Below are positions 10,596 through 22,158 of a stretch of 64,000 nucleotides of DNA, in pieces; the first letter of the stretch is position 1; every line of letters begins with the position of its first letter. Position numbers and translations under genes: made by a program. Below the pieces are notes generated by a model. The model saw nothing but the letters and a program-made list of their open reading frames with translations. It was not told where the DNA came from and searched no databases. Source of the DNA: Naegleria gruberi (lineage: Eukaryota); NCBI GenBank assembly GCA_000004985.1, contig GG738868.1; one strand, given 5' to 3'.

Positions 10596-11546
10596 ATGAA
10601 CAAACGCAGAAAAGTGGAAAGTAATAGTATTGACGGCTCTTCAAGCTCTCCTGCGAATCTACCAATCGTAAATCCATTTTTTGATGAATATTTAACAGAC
10701 GATTTGTTAGCAATAATTATTGAATTCATCGGAGATGATAAAATATTAAATTACATGCTCGTCAATAAGAGATTTAATCGAGTGATCAATGATGATCAAT
10801 ATGATTGTTTCAGACATTTCGAATATGAGCTCCCATTCACTTTTGATCCTCCGAAAAATTGTAATCTTGTTAGAAAATTAAGGATTTGTTCCATTGATGA
10901 AGATGTTTATGATTTTGATGAGGAAATTGCAATGATGAAATTTAACAAGGTTACTGAATTAATTGTTTTGGATGAATGTAGTTACTCATTCGGCTCTGCG
11001 TGTAAGGTTATCGATGCATCGAATGTGAAAATATTGTCTATTAATTTTGCAATCAGTACAGATGTTCTCAAACAAATTACTGAAGATTTCACTAATTTAG
11101 AAACACTCATTATTGCAGATTTTGAAGGTATTGCCCATAATGAAATTGAAAAGGAACTACCTACACTAACACATTTCATATTTAGTGAAGATTTAGATTA
11201 CTCATACAGTTACGAACCATTCGAAATTGATAGATTTTGTAATGTTTTCAATTTTACTCCAAATTTACGAACCATAGAATGTGAACCAATAGTTGGTTAT
11301 ATGAATTTGAATGCATTAATTAAGATATGTTCTCAATTGGAATCATTGGAATATATAAAGGTTGGAATAGTGTTGGAAAATAGCAAAATTGAAAGTTATC
11401 CCTCCCTAAATGAATTGATGAAACGAAAGTTGTTGAAACTTGAATTGAATTGTTACTCGCACATTGCTCTTGATGTGCTCACCAAATATTTTACAAATTT
11501 CAAAGATCAAACGAAGATAACATTGGAAGAAAGATTATACTTGTAG
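10596..11546 (+). CDS. F-box-like / leucine-rich-repeat protein
   Basis: 316-aa ORF. Near the N-terminus is an F-box-like segment LTDDLLAIIIEFIGDDKILNYMLVNKRFNRVI, followed by irregular L-rich repeats. Confidence 0.45.
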   Translation: MNKRRKVESNSIDGSSSSPANLPIVNPFFDEYLTDDLLAIIIEFIGDDKILNYMLVNKRFNRVINDDQYDCFRHFEYELPFTFDPPKNCNLVRKLRICSIDEDVYDFDEEIAMMKFNKVTELIVLDECSYSFGSACKVIDASNVKILSINFAISTDVLKQITEDFTNLETLIIADFEGIAHNEIEKELPTLTHFIFSEDLDYSYSYEPFEIDRFCNVFNFTPNLRTIECEPIVGYMNLNALIKICSQLESLEYIKVGIVLENSKIESYPSLNELMKRKLLKLELNCYSHIALDVLTKYFTNFKDQTKITLEERLYL

Positions 11547-11925
11547 AACAAGTTATTGGAATCAATGATTGGATTATTATTCATGATGATAAGTTATCAA
11601 GACAAACAATCAAAACCTTCACATATCAACACAATGATTCGTTACCCGTGTTCCAAAAGAATCTTGTGTTCAATTGTATTGTAATGGAATGACAGATCCT
11701 TCATCCATCATTTCATAGTTTCTTTTGTTGTGCTCAATAGTGTCTCGATCTTTTGATATTATCACATTTCTTTAATATTATGTTAAATGTTAATAGACAT
11801 GTCAAATAAATAATTAACATCTGTCATGTTTCAATTTTACCATGAAGTAAATGAGCAGGAATTAAGTGATAGATGAACTAATATGTAAACGAATTAATAG
11901 ATGATATTTACTTCCTTTCAAAAAA

Positions 11926-14900
11926 ATGCCACAAGTCGAAACAATGACAAGAGACAGCAACAAAGGAGTTGGAGGTAACGAACGATCATCATCAACTCAA
12001 GCATTAGTACTTTATACGTTTGAAGCATCTTCTTCAAATGAAATGTCAATAATCGGTAAGTTTAATGTTGAATAAGTTTCGAATAAATTTGCAAAGAGAA
12101 TCAAATATTAACAGTTATTAAAAGTGATGATGATTGGACACTTTGTAAAAATCCAGAAACATCACAACTAGGTTATGTTCCAACACAATATATTCAAATA
12201 ATTGTTAAACCTCAAATTCGACCTCAACTAAATGTTAGCCGAAAGGTTTCGAATAATCAACAATCAACCACCACAACCAGTACATCGATCAATGTTTCAT
12301 CAAACAAACAACAAGAAAGAAATAATTCTGATCACGAAACTAATCAAAAACCTCCACTTTCGGCTAGAAACAAAGTTTCGTCTACACAAGTACCAACCTC
12401 TTCTTCTTCATCGAATGAGACAATAACAACTACAACACCAACAATCAATACCAAGTTAGCAGATTCACAAAAATCCTCATCTCCACAATCACCTGCCACA
12501 TCAACATCATCAACTGACAATTTTACATCTGTCAAACAAAGAATTAAATTCTTACAAGAACATCAATTACCAATTCCTGGTGCAAATAACACAACAAATC
12601 AACAAGATAAGTCAAAACGTGTTCAATTTGTTCAAACTCCAAGAAATCAAGATTCTTCACCAATTCCTAATACTGTTAATAATAATGTTAATGTTAATAC
12701 TACTACTAATAATAATACTGTTAATAATAATACCAATAATAGTGGTAATGGTAGTGGTATTAATCAATCATCAACAATAGAGAGTGGTTCTTCGAGTGGA
12801 AATGTTTCTGGAAGACCTCCAAAACCAAAAGGTTACTCAACTGGAACACCAAGTGGTAATAACAATGGTAATATTTCAGGAATTAATTCTAGTGGTTCAA
12901 CATCAGGATCTTCATCATTGAATGTTTCAACACCTCCAAGTGGAACTAGTCCAGTTCTCAATAATTATTTACAAATGTATGGAGCTGTTCCAATTTTACC
13001 ATTTGTAAAACCTATGCAAACAAAGAATTTGACTCCTGATGAAACTTATGAAAATGCAGTGAATAATTCAATTTCAAATAATCAATATAGTACTAGTGGT
13101 AGTTCATTGAATGGAAGTTCTGTGCCTACTTCTACACAAGATTCCAATTTATTGGTTGATACTCGTGTCGAGGATAAGAAGGGATTGGCTAAATTGGGGA
13201 GAAGTTTATCACGTAAATTTAAAAAGAATCATAAGAATCATCACTCTGCAGCAACTCCAACGAGTGGAGATGATGATGAGATTATTCAATCATCAACCAC
13301 TGGTCATACAGATTACTTGAAAACAAGTCCTAGAGCAACTACTTCATTCCAACAATCACCAATTACCTCACTAACTAATGAAAATGAATTTGATAAGCCA
13401 GCACTTCCTCCAAAGAAAACCAGAGGAATTGAAGAGGAATTAGATGCAGCCGATAAGAGAAAAACTCTTCCAGTCAACATGAGAAATGATCTATTCCAAA
13501 AGATGCACAGTCAATTGAAAATGCAATCATTCACAGGTGACAATGCTCCTTCACTTTCTCGAACTGGAAGTATTCTTCAAACAACACAGGCTGAAGATGA
13601 TGTTCAATTCATCAATGAAATAAGAAAACCATCAATGAGCAAATCAGTTGCTGTAAAATTAATTGCTGACAAGATGAAATTCTATAATAACTATAGATTA
13701 ATGAAATACTATCTCCAAAAAGATGAATCTCTCAAGAATGCCAGAATAAGAAAGCAAAAGGTGTTGGAAATTGTTAGTACAGAAAGAGATTATGTACAAA
13801 ATATTCATATTTGTGTTGATGAATTCCTAGCTCCAATGAGAACAAATCCAAAGAAGTTTGGTGTTAAAAACGAGCAATTGGATGTTCTCTTCTTGAATAT
13901 TCTCCAAATTTTACAATGTAATCAAGAATTATTGAAGAGATTGAATGAACAAGTCAATGAAAATCAACAAGGAAGAACAACATGTGTGAGGATTGGTATT
14001 GTCTTTAGAGAAATGGCTGTGTGGTTCAAACTCTACACAGATTATATCAATAACCATGAGTCTGCCACCAGCACTTATGATTCACTGATTGAGAGAAAGA
14101 AAAAGTTTGCTGCCTACATTGAAAAGCAACAAAATAATCCAAAATGTAAAAATTTACCACTTGCTGCCTATTTAATTCAACCTGTTCAAAGAATTCCAAG
14201 ATATAGTAAGTAGAAAACTATGAAATATTCAATTATTAACCTATTGAAATTTTACAATCAAAATAGGACTTTTACTTGCTGACGTTATAAAATTGACACC
14301 AACAGATCACGTTGATTTTGATGATCTGCAAAAGGGTTATCAAGCAATTCTTGAAATTGCTGATTGGGTCAATGAAAGAAAGAGAGAGAATGAAAATCAA
14401 CACTCTCTCACTAAATTACAACTCAAATTAACCGATTCAGAATTTAAACAAATTTTCCTTCCTCATAGAAAGTTAATTTCCAAGACTGAAACATTGAAAT
14501 CAACAATAACTTTTAAGGATCATGAATCTGATTTTGACAAGTATTTTGCATTTAACAGACAAACAGAAGCTTACTTGTTTTCTGATATGTTAATCATAGC
14601 ACTTGGAGAACAAGTTGATACTTCACAAGCTCTCTCCCAGCAACACATTATTATGAGAGAAAATTTGGTAATCATTTACTTTGTATTTGTAAAAATTGTA
14701 AAAGTAGAATATATGCAACCAGTTGAGGATGCTCCAGCACAAACTGATTCAGTTCCAAATATGGTTCAAATAGCATATGGATTGAGAGGAAAGGATTTAA
14801 TGTTTGAATTCAATTTAGAATCATGTGATAACCATTTCTCTAAAAAGATTCTCTCCTGTATTAATACATGTAAGAAGAATGTCTCAAATAAGACAGGCAT

Positions 14901-15300
14901 GGATCCAGAAAGTCTATTTGGTGTCTCTGCTCAATTCAATAGAATTTTGAGATCGATACCAGAAATTAAAGATCAAATGAAAAGAAAAAAGGAAAAGGCA
15001 ACTAGAATGCAAGCTGAAATAACGACCATATCTAAGGAAATTGAAAGAAAAGAACAGGAAGTTCTCAGATTATTGGAAGAAATCAATAATTTGAAAGAAC
15101 AAAAGATGCAAAATGAATTGGGAATTTCAGAGGCAGAACAAGACTCTGTTAAATCTTCCTCAGATTTCAAACAAGTAGCAGAAGAAAAGAAGAAATGTCA
15201 GGAAAATGTCTTTACAATTCTTGGAAATGATTTATTTGCATACACTGAAATGTTCGGTTCAATTTCAAATCGAGACGATCCTAAAATACTAATGGATTAA
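11926..15300 (+). CDS. Rho guanine-nucleotide exchange factor with SH3, DH (RhoGEF) and PH-like regions (exons 11926..12055, 12115..14205, 14267..15300)
   Basis: Exon 1 and the start of exon 2 encode an SH3 domain (ALVLYTFEASSSNEMSII-G-VIKSDDDWTLCKNPETSQLGYVPTQYIQI) split by a phase-1 intron. A long S/T/N-rich linker follows. The DH domain (ERDYVQNIHICVDEFLAPMR...LAAYLIQPVQRIPRY-R-LLLADVIKLTP) is interrupted by a phase-1 61-nt intron exactly at the conserved RY|RLLL. Exon phases close. Confidence 0.75.
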
Positions 15301-15319
15301 ATAAATAATGAAAGTTGTT

Positions 15320-17076
15320 TTATTCTCCATTATTGGTTACCCTCTTGAATACCTCAGAGTACTTTTCAATTTGTCTATAGACGAGAAAGTTTTCCTTCAC
15401 TCGTTTCTCTGAATTAATTCCATAAAGAGTTCTCTTCTTTTCATCTAACAGCATTTCGGATAGAGTTTGAGCAATTTCAAAATCATCTTGAGCATTCACT
15501 AAGCGACCATCAATTCCATCCCTCAATTGAATTCTCAATCCAACAGCTTGTCTTGAACCCATCACTGGAATTCCCTTAAACATTGCCTCAGTACAAGTTA
15601 ATCCGAAACTCTCTCTTAAACTATTCTGAACCACAACAAGTGAACATCTCTGAAGAGCATTGACAATGAGAGCATTTTGTTGAACGTTATTCATTGGAAG
15701 TGAGAGAATGGCAACATCCTCCTGTAGTTCAGGACTCAAATCAGCATAGAAAACTGACAATTCCTCAAATACTTGCAATCCTTCAGGATCATCTTGAATG
15801 AATTTAGGATCTGGACCTGCCAATACTTTACAAAACAATCAAATTTCTTTGTTTTTCAAAGAATTAACTTACCTAGCTTGACTCTCTTTAATAATTTCAT
15901 TTCTTCTTCTGTTAATTTCTCTGACATTGTTTCAAGATTTTGTTTCATTCTCAACCAACCTTTCATGAGTGGAATCCAACCTTTCAATCTGTCCCATCTA
16001 CTTATTTGAGTGACAATTGGATTGAATGGAATGCCTAATAGATATGGATCTCTGAATAATCTCTTAACTTTGTGTGGATATTTGGATTTCCACTCAAATT
16101 CTTCTTCACATCTAGTCAACCCAGATTGAACTAGAATATTCATAATTTCATTGGTTGATAAATGTTGATTCTTTGGATTGAATGGTGATAAACTTGGATA
16201 AATAATTGAAAAGTTATTCTTCAAATATGAAGGAGCATACTCTGGTGAAGTAAAAATTGAATGGTCAACCATTTGAATATATGGCTGAAGGAAATTCCAA
16301 GCACATCTTGTTTGAAAATTATGTTCATCCAATCCAATATGACATCTGAATATGACCTTCACTCTATTTCCAAATACTTCACGAATGCTCTTTACTAATC
16401 CCAAAGGTTGAGGATCATGTAATACTTTATGTGAAATAATTTCACAAATTATTAAGCTAAACTTCAAACCCATTATTGTAATACATACTCACAATATCAC
16501 CCTCACTGATAATACTACCAGTCAGGAAGCCCTCACTATTGGCATTCTCTCTATTCACATTTTCGTAAACAATTCGATCCTCAGATGTAAAGTCACGATC
16601 TTCTCCACTGCCATGAATGAAATTGTGAATCTTTTTAGTTACACTGAAAAACATTTCATCATCTGTATTGATTGTTAACCACGATGCCTGCATAATTGTA
16701 TATTGATTTAGCAATGTTTCATTATTTTGTTTTGTATTAATAAACAATACATACAGTATAGCCAACTTCATTCATTGTACCACATAATCTTAACTGATCG
16801 ATTAGAGAGAATGAATTGAATAAAAGAGATGATAATACGTACCAACATTTCTGCAACACCTCCTCCAACTGCTGTTGAATTAATGTGCCATATCTTTCTA
16901 TTGGAAAATGGTTTCACTTTCCTTTTCATTTTACCTTAAGAATGTTAATTCACTAACTGAATTATTTAAATAATATATTTACCAATTGCTTCAGAAAAGG
17001 AAGCATACTTTGATTGTTCTTCCAATGATAACGTATCTTCTTTGTCTTTGGCTTCCTTTACGAATTTTAGAGGCAT
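15320..17076 (-). CDS. GT4-family glycosyltransferase, trehalose synthase/phosphorylase-like (exons 16983..17076, 16843..16934, 16493..16687, about 15873..16461, 15320..15825)
   Basis: Matches the trehalose synthase (TreT)/GT4 pattern (INSTAVGGGVAEML, VLHDPQPLGLV, EGFGLTCTEAMFKGIPVMGSRQAVGLRIQ). Introns 1, 2 and 4 (48, 155 and 47 nt) have clean GTAAAT/GTACGT/GTAAGT donors and closing phases. The third intron is ambiguous (31-nt GTGAGT...GAAG or a 76-nt alternative). Confidence 0.65.
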
Positions 17077-17219
17077 TTCTTTTACTCAATGATTCTCTTT
17101 GATTATTCTAAAAGAGGAAAAAAGACAAAAAAATAACAAAGTAAATTGTACAAAATTAAAAGGGAGTTTTAGTTTAGGGGAGTTATTTGATACAGAGGAA
17201 GGAAAAAGGTATGATGAAA

Positions 17220-18797
17220 TTACCACTTCTTTTGATTTTGTTGATGTGTGGTATTATTGGTTGGATTACCTGATGGATAAGCTGGATAAACAATTTGGTT
17301 TGGATGTCCAAAAACGTAGCCAGATTGTGGGTATTGGGATTGGTAACCTGGGAGATAAGCTGGGTATGGATTAACCTTAGCTTCGTTTTGTGGAGATTCT
17401 GATTTATGCTTATTGTCCATTTGCATTTGTTGACTTTGTGGATACATGAAGAAGTATGGTTGTTGAACGAATGGATAGTTAGCATCTTGTTGATGTTGTT
17501 CAGCATCTTCAGAACCAGTAGCTTGATTGTACATTCCGAATCCTTCTTGACTATAACCAAAACCTTGATTAAAGTTCTTATTAGTATTAACACCTTGAGC
17601 ACCTTGAGGTTGATAATATTGATAAATGTATGGGTAATATTGAGGATGATATGGATATTGATGATTTGGAATGTATGGAATGCCATAATTGTGATGCATC
17701 TTTGGATCAGACCAGAATTGACCATTTTGCATTTGTGGGTTAGTTTGAGCGTTTGGTTGATTAACAGAAGAAGTAGGTTGAGATTTTGGAAGTGGTTGAG
17801 ATCCTAAATCCAAAGTACCGAATTGAATATTTTGAGTAGTATTGTATGGAATACCTGTTGGCATTTGGAGTTGTGGTTGTTCTTCTTGTTGAGTTGGTCT
17901 TTGTTCGAATGAAGTTTGGTAGTTTGATTGAGCAGATTGTTGTGGTTGTTGAATTGGTTGAGATGGTTGTTGGATTTCAACTTGTTCTTCAACTTGTTGT
18001 TCAACTTCTTCATTGGCCAATTCTTCTTCTGGTACTTCTTCTTCGACAACAGATTCTTGGACAATTTGTTGTTGAATTTGAACTGGTTCTTGGACAGGTT
18101 CTTTAACCTCTTCCTTTGGAGCCTTCTTATCACCCTTTTTCTTTCGTTGTTGATTTCGTTCATTCTTAGCTTTTTCCTTTTGATCCTTGGCTTGTTGTTC
18201 CAAAAGTTTCTTTTCTTCATCAATCTTCTTCTTTTCTTCATCTTCCTTTTTTTTGAAAGCAGCAGCAGCTTCGCTGTATGAAAGAACCTTGGCTTGTTGT
18301 GGTTGAGTTTGTTTTGGTTCTTCTACAACTTCGTCTTCTGGAGCAGAAAAATTACGAACTTCAGATGATGTTGTTTTGTCTTGCTTAGATGGTTTTTTCT
18401 TGTTTGGTTTATCATTTGTAGGAGAGGCTGGTTGTTGTGTGGTTGATGTTGATCTAGGGCCTGATGGTGAGGAACCAGCACGGCTTCCACCACGAGAACC
18501 ACCTCTACCTCCACGACCACCTCTACCACCTCTAGTAGTCTTTTGTGTTCTGATATCCTTTTTCTCTACGGTTGTCCAATCTTCCTTACCATCAACCTTC
18601 TTTTGTACTACAAGTTGAACATCATAGTTGTTTTCTTCGAGACATCTTTGGATTTCATTTTTTTTCCAATCACCGAACATTTCTTGGATTTGTCTTACTT
18701 TTTTCTCAACATCCCTTGGAAGGTTATCACCTTCAGAGTTATTGTTGTTGTATTGTCTTTTAGTGTATGTTTGCTTTCCTCCTTTGTTTTGGGACAT
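17220..18797 (-). CDS. Def1-like protein: N-terminal CUE domain, K/E-rich middle, Q/P/Y/N-rich prion-like C-terminus
   Basis: 525-aa single ORF. CUE-like VRQIQEMFGDWKKNEIQRCLEENNYDVQLVV near the N-terminus, then poly-K/E, then a long Q/P/Y-rich tail (YPYHPQYYPYIYQYYQPQG...), the same architecture as fungal Def1. Confidence 0.6.
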   Translation of the reverse strand: MSQNKGGKQTYTKRQYNNNNSEGDNLPRDVEKKVRQIQEMFGDWKKNEIQRCLEENNYDVQLVVQKKVDGKEDWTTVEKKDIRTQKTTRGGRGGRGGRGGSRGGSRAGSSPSGPRSTSTTQQPASPTNDKPNKKKPSKQDKTTSSEVRNFSAPEDEVVEEPKQTQPQQAKVLSYSEAAAAFKKKEDEEKKKIDEEKKLLEQQAKDQKEKAKNERNQQRKKKGDKKAPKEEVKEPVQEPVQIQQQIVQESVVEEEVPEEELANEEVEQQVEEQVEIQQPSQPIQQPQQSAQSNYQTSFEQRPTQQEEQPQLQMPTGIPYNTTQNIQFGTLDLGSQPLPKSQPTSSVNQPNAQTNPQMQNGQFWSDPKMHHNYGIPYIPNHQYPYHPQYYPYIYQYYQPQGAQGVNTNKNFNQGFGYSQEGFGMYNQATGSEDAEQHQQDANYPFVQQPYFFMYPQSQQMQMDNKHKSESPQNEAKVNPYPAYLPGYQSQYPQSGYVFGHPNQIVYPAYPSGNPTNNTTHQQNQKKW

Positions 18798-19734
18798 TTT
18801 TTATGGGGGGATGATATGTCAAGCGAGACGCTTTGAGTTATTTTTTTTTGTAAGTTTTATTTTTGTTTTGCTACTTCCTTTGCGCTTTAGCTTGACTCTT
18901 CTCACAGCTAAAGGCCTTGTTGAAATACACACGCTTTGTATGAACAAAATTCCAGCCTTGTTTTGCTTTTTGATGTTGGCGCCAAAATTTTGTGCCACAA
19001 TACTCAACACCACAACAATAAATTGGATATCCATCTTCATTCTCTGTCTGTAACTACACTCTTTGGAACAAGGACTACTACCAACAAGATGACACAAAGA
19101 TGACAATGATCCATTCGGTTTGTTACGGAAGGTAGGTTATTGTTGATAACAATTATTATTATTTTTACCACCATCACGTTTGTAACCTTTGTCAACTTTA
19201 CAATGACAATTCCGATGTACTTCCATTGTGAAATGCAACATTTAGAAATAACAAGATTCATTCCTGACAATATGAATTAGCAATTCAATTTGGATATTAT
19301 TATGAAAACCTCAACGACTGTGCAGTTGTTGTCATGAACAATGGAATTCATAAACTCGATTTCAACTATAATTATTCATCCTCATCAACTCTCATTATTC
19401 TCTACTAAGTCTATACAGGATGATCCAATTAAGATTGAAGGTGTTGTTCCTCTCTAATATTCAGTCTATCCTTGATATATCGTCCAAATTGATTGAGCAC
19501 AATAAGATTCTCATCAAATATTTTACTCCAAACTTATCTTGATGTTCAATCCTCTATAAGTACTACAACAAAAGCAGCCATCATGATGTGATGCTGCTTG
19601 ATTTTTACCTGGAGAATCATCCTCCGAGTTGTGGCTGGGTAGCTTCAATTCTATCAAAATGAAAATTATTGCGAATATTTTACCTCCATGCTAAGAAGAG
19701 GACGACGGAATCATCAAACCAAATTTAAAAAAAA

Positions 19735-21946
19735 ATGTTGGTCAAGAAATCTAGTGGAAGTCTCAGACAATTAAAACTCAATCCGTTGATGAGGAGTTCT
19801 GCATTAATTGTTGGTCAACCATCATCTTTCTTGGATGTACCTGTATATTCTTCTGTGCCAGGTGAGTTTTAATTTTCGGATGATGATGATTTAATTCGGA
19901 ATTTTTCTAGAATCTTTTTATACAAAATTGTTTTTAAAGAGAATGTTCCATACATCTACACTTTTAAAGGCATATAAAGTTAGTCCTTCAAAATTAGCTA
20001 GATTAGAATATGAAGCTCAAACATCAAATGATATGAATAGAAAAGCTGAATATTTACAAGCTTTGTGTGATTTGGAACAATATCAATTGGTAACTCAACT
20101 TGTAGATAATGGAAACTATTCATTGGATCATCCATTGATTAGAACTTCTTACAAAATTGCTTTGGAAAGAATTGGAGGTGTCAATCAATCGGACCTCTCT
20201 AGAACTTCATTGCATCAAACAATTTTCAATCAACAGCCTCAATATCATCAACCACAACAACAACAACAACAACCACAACAATCATATTATCCTCCTCCAG
20301 ATTATCAACAATATTCCAATAATTATCAATCACCTCAACCAGTCCTTCCTCAAAAATTAGTTGTTACTATGGATGATTCCTTCTTCTCCAGATTTAACAA
20401 AGTCAATATGAATAGAGCTATTTGGTCAATGCTTTTTAGTGCATCTATTCTCTTGGTTTTCTTCTATTTAACATTTTACTCTTCCGATCCATCCAAACAA
20501 AAACAAGGTGGAGGTGGAATAGGTTCAATGTTTGGGCAAACTACCTATAAACCAATTACAAATGTTGAAACAAGATTTGATGATGTCAAAGGTATTGATG
20601 AATGTAGAGGCGAATTGGAAGAAATTGTTGATTTTTTGAAAAATCCAGAAAAGTTTAACAAATTGGGTGGTAAACTTCCTAAGGGTGTTCTCCTTGTAGG
20701 TAAACCTGGTGTTGGTAAGACCCTCCTTGCCAAGGCTATTGCTGGTGAAGCTGGAGTTCCTTTCTTCTTCTGTTCAGGATCTGAATTTGACGAAATGTTT
20801 GTCGGTGTTGGTGCTAAACGTATTAGAGAATTGTTTGCTGCAGCAAGAAAGCAAGCACCTTGTATTATCTTTATTGATGAAATTGACTCTCTTGGTGGTA
20901 AAAGAACAGCCAGAGATCCATTCTATTCTAAACAAACACTCAATCAAATCCTTTCGGAAATGGATGGTTTCAAATCAAGTGAAGGAATCATTGTTATCGG
21001 TGCTACTAACTTGTTAGATTCTCTTGATAAGGCTTTAATTAGACCTGGAAGATTTGATAGACATATTGAAGTTCCTCTTCCTGATTTGAAAGGTAGAAAG
21101 GATATTTTGAGTTTGTACTTGAAGAAAGTACCAATTAATCCAGCTGTAAATATTGACACAATTGCCAAAAAGACAACAGGATTTACTGGAGCTGATTTAG
21201 AAAATCTTGTCAATGTTGCATCGATAAGAGCATGTACAAAGAATAAGGAACAAGTTAGTAATGATGATATGGATTATGCCTTCGATAGAATTGTTATGGG
21301 TATTGCAAGAACATCTAGTATTAATTTGATGAATGAAAAGGATAAGGAAATTACTGCTATTCACGAATGTGGACATGCTTTAGTTGTCTTACTCAATCAA
21401 AAGAATCTTACTCATAATAAGGATAATCTTCACAAGATCACTATTATTCCTAGAGGTAGTGCCCTTGGTTTCACAGCATCTTTGCCTGAACGAGAGGTTC
21501 ATCACATGTCTAAACAACAATATCATCAAATTATAGATAAGGCTCTTGGAGGTGTTGTTGCTGAGGAAATTTGTTATGGAAAGGATTATGTCACAAGTGG
21601 TTGTACATCAGATTTACAACATGCTACAAATATTGCCAGAGCTATGGTTACAAGATTTGGTATGAGTGAATTGGGATTAATCGATTTTACTGAAGAATCA
21701 GGTTCTATGTATCAAAAGGGTCCTGAGTTCTCTCCAGAAACCAAGAGATTAATTGATATTGAAATTCAAAAGATTGTCAATGGTTCTTATGAAAGAGTTA
21801 AAAAGATGCTTAAGGAAAATGAACCTCAATTGAGGAAGCTTGCCCACGAGTTGGTCAAGTATGAAACCTTATCAGGAAAGGAAGTTTTAGATATTTTGGA
21901 TGGAAAAGAAGTTACTCGTTCCATTGCTGGTGAAGTTGATTATTAA
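19735..21946 (+). CDS. YME1: Mitochondrial i-AAA protease YME1 (FtsH family) (exons 19735..19861 and 19911..21946; 49-nt intron)
   Basis: Exon 1 encodes a presequence-like [28 protein letters not shown]... and ends in phase 1 before GTGAGT. The acceptor TTTTTCTAG restores the frame of the long ORF, which has Walker [24 protein letters not shown], Walker [10 protein letters not shown], the second region of homology and the HEXGH zinc site (AIHECGHAL). Confidence 0.85.
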
Positions 21947-22158
21947 GCTCTAATAATAAAATTCTTTTTAATTGATGATAAATAATTCCCAGTTATAAAA
22001 ATAAAAACAATTATAAAGAATTATACATTTAAATTATTTTAATGTTTTCAGATTTTTAGAATTAAATTTACACTCTATTTTAATTGTCGTCATCACTAGG
22101 TGGTTCAACATAATCATTACTAAAATATTTGTCAAGATATTTTGATAATGTAAAATAC

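Noticed and set aside
14640-14700. Possible 40-nt intron (GTAATC...AAAGTAG) inside the RhoGEF C-terminal region
   Set aside because: Its length is not a multiple of 3 and the same frame stays open for >200 codons on both sides. It is more parsimonious to read it as coding (the hydrophobic beta-strand segment VIIYFVFVKIVKV of a PH-like domain).
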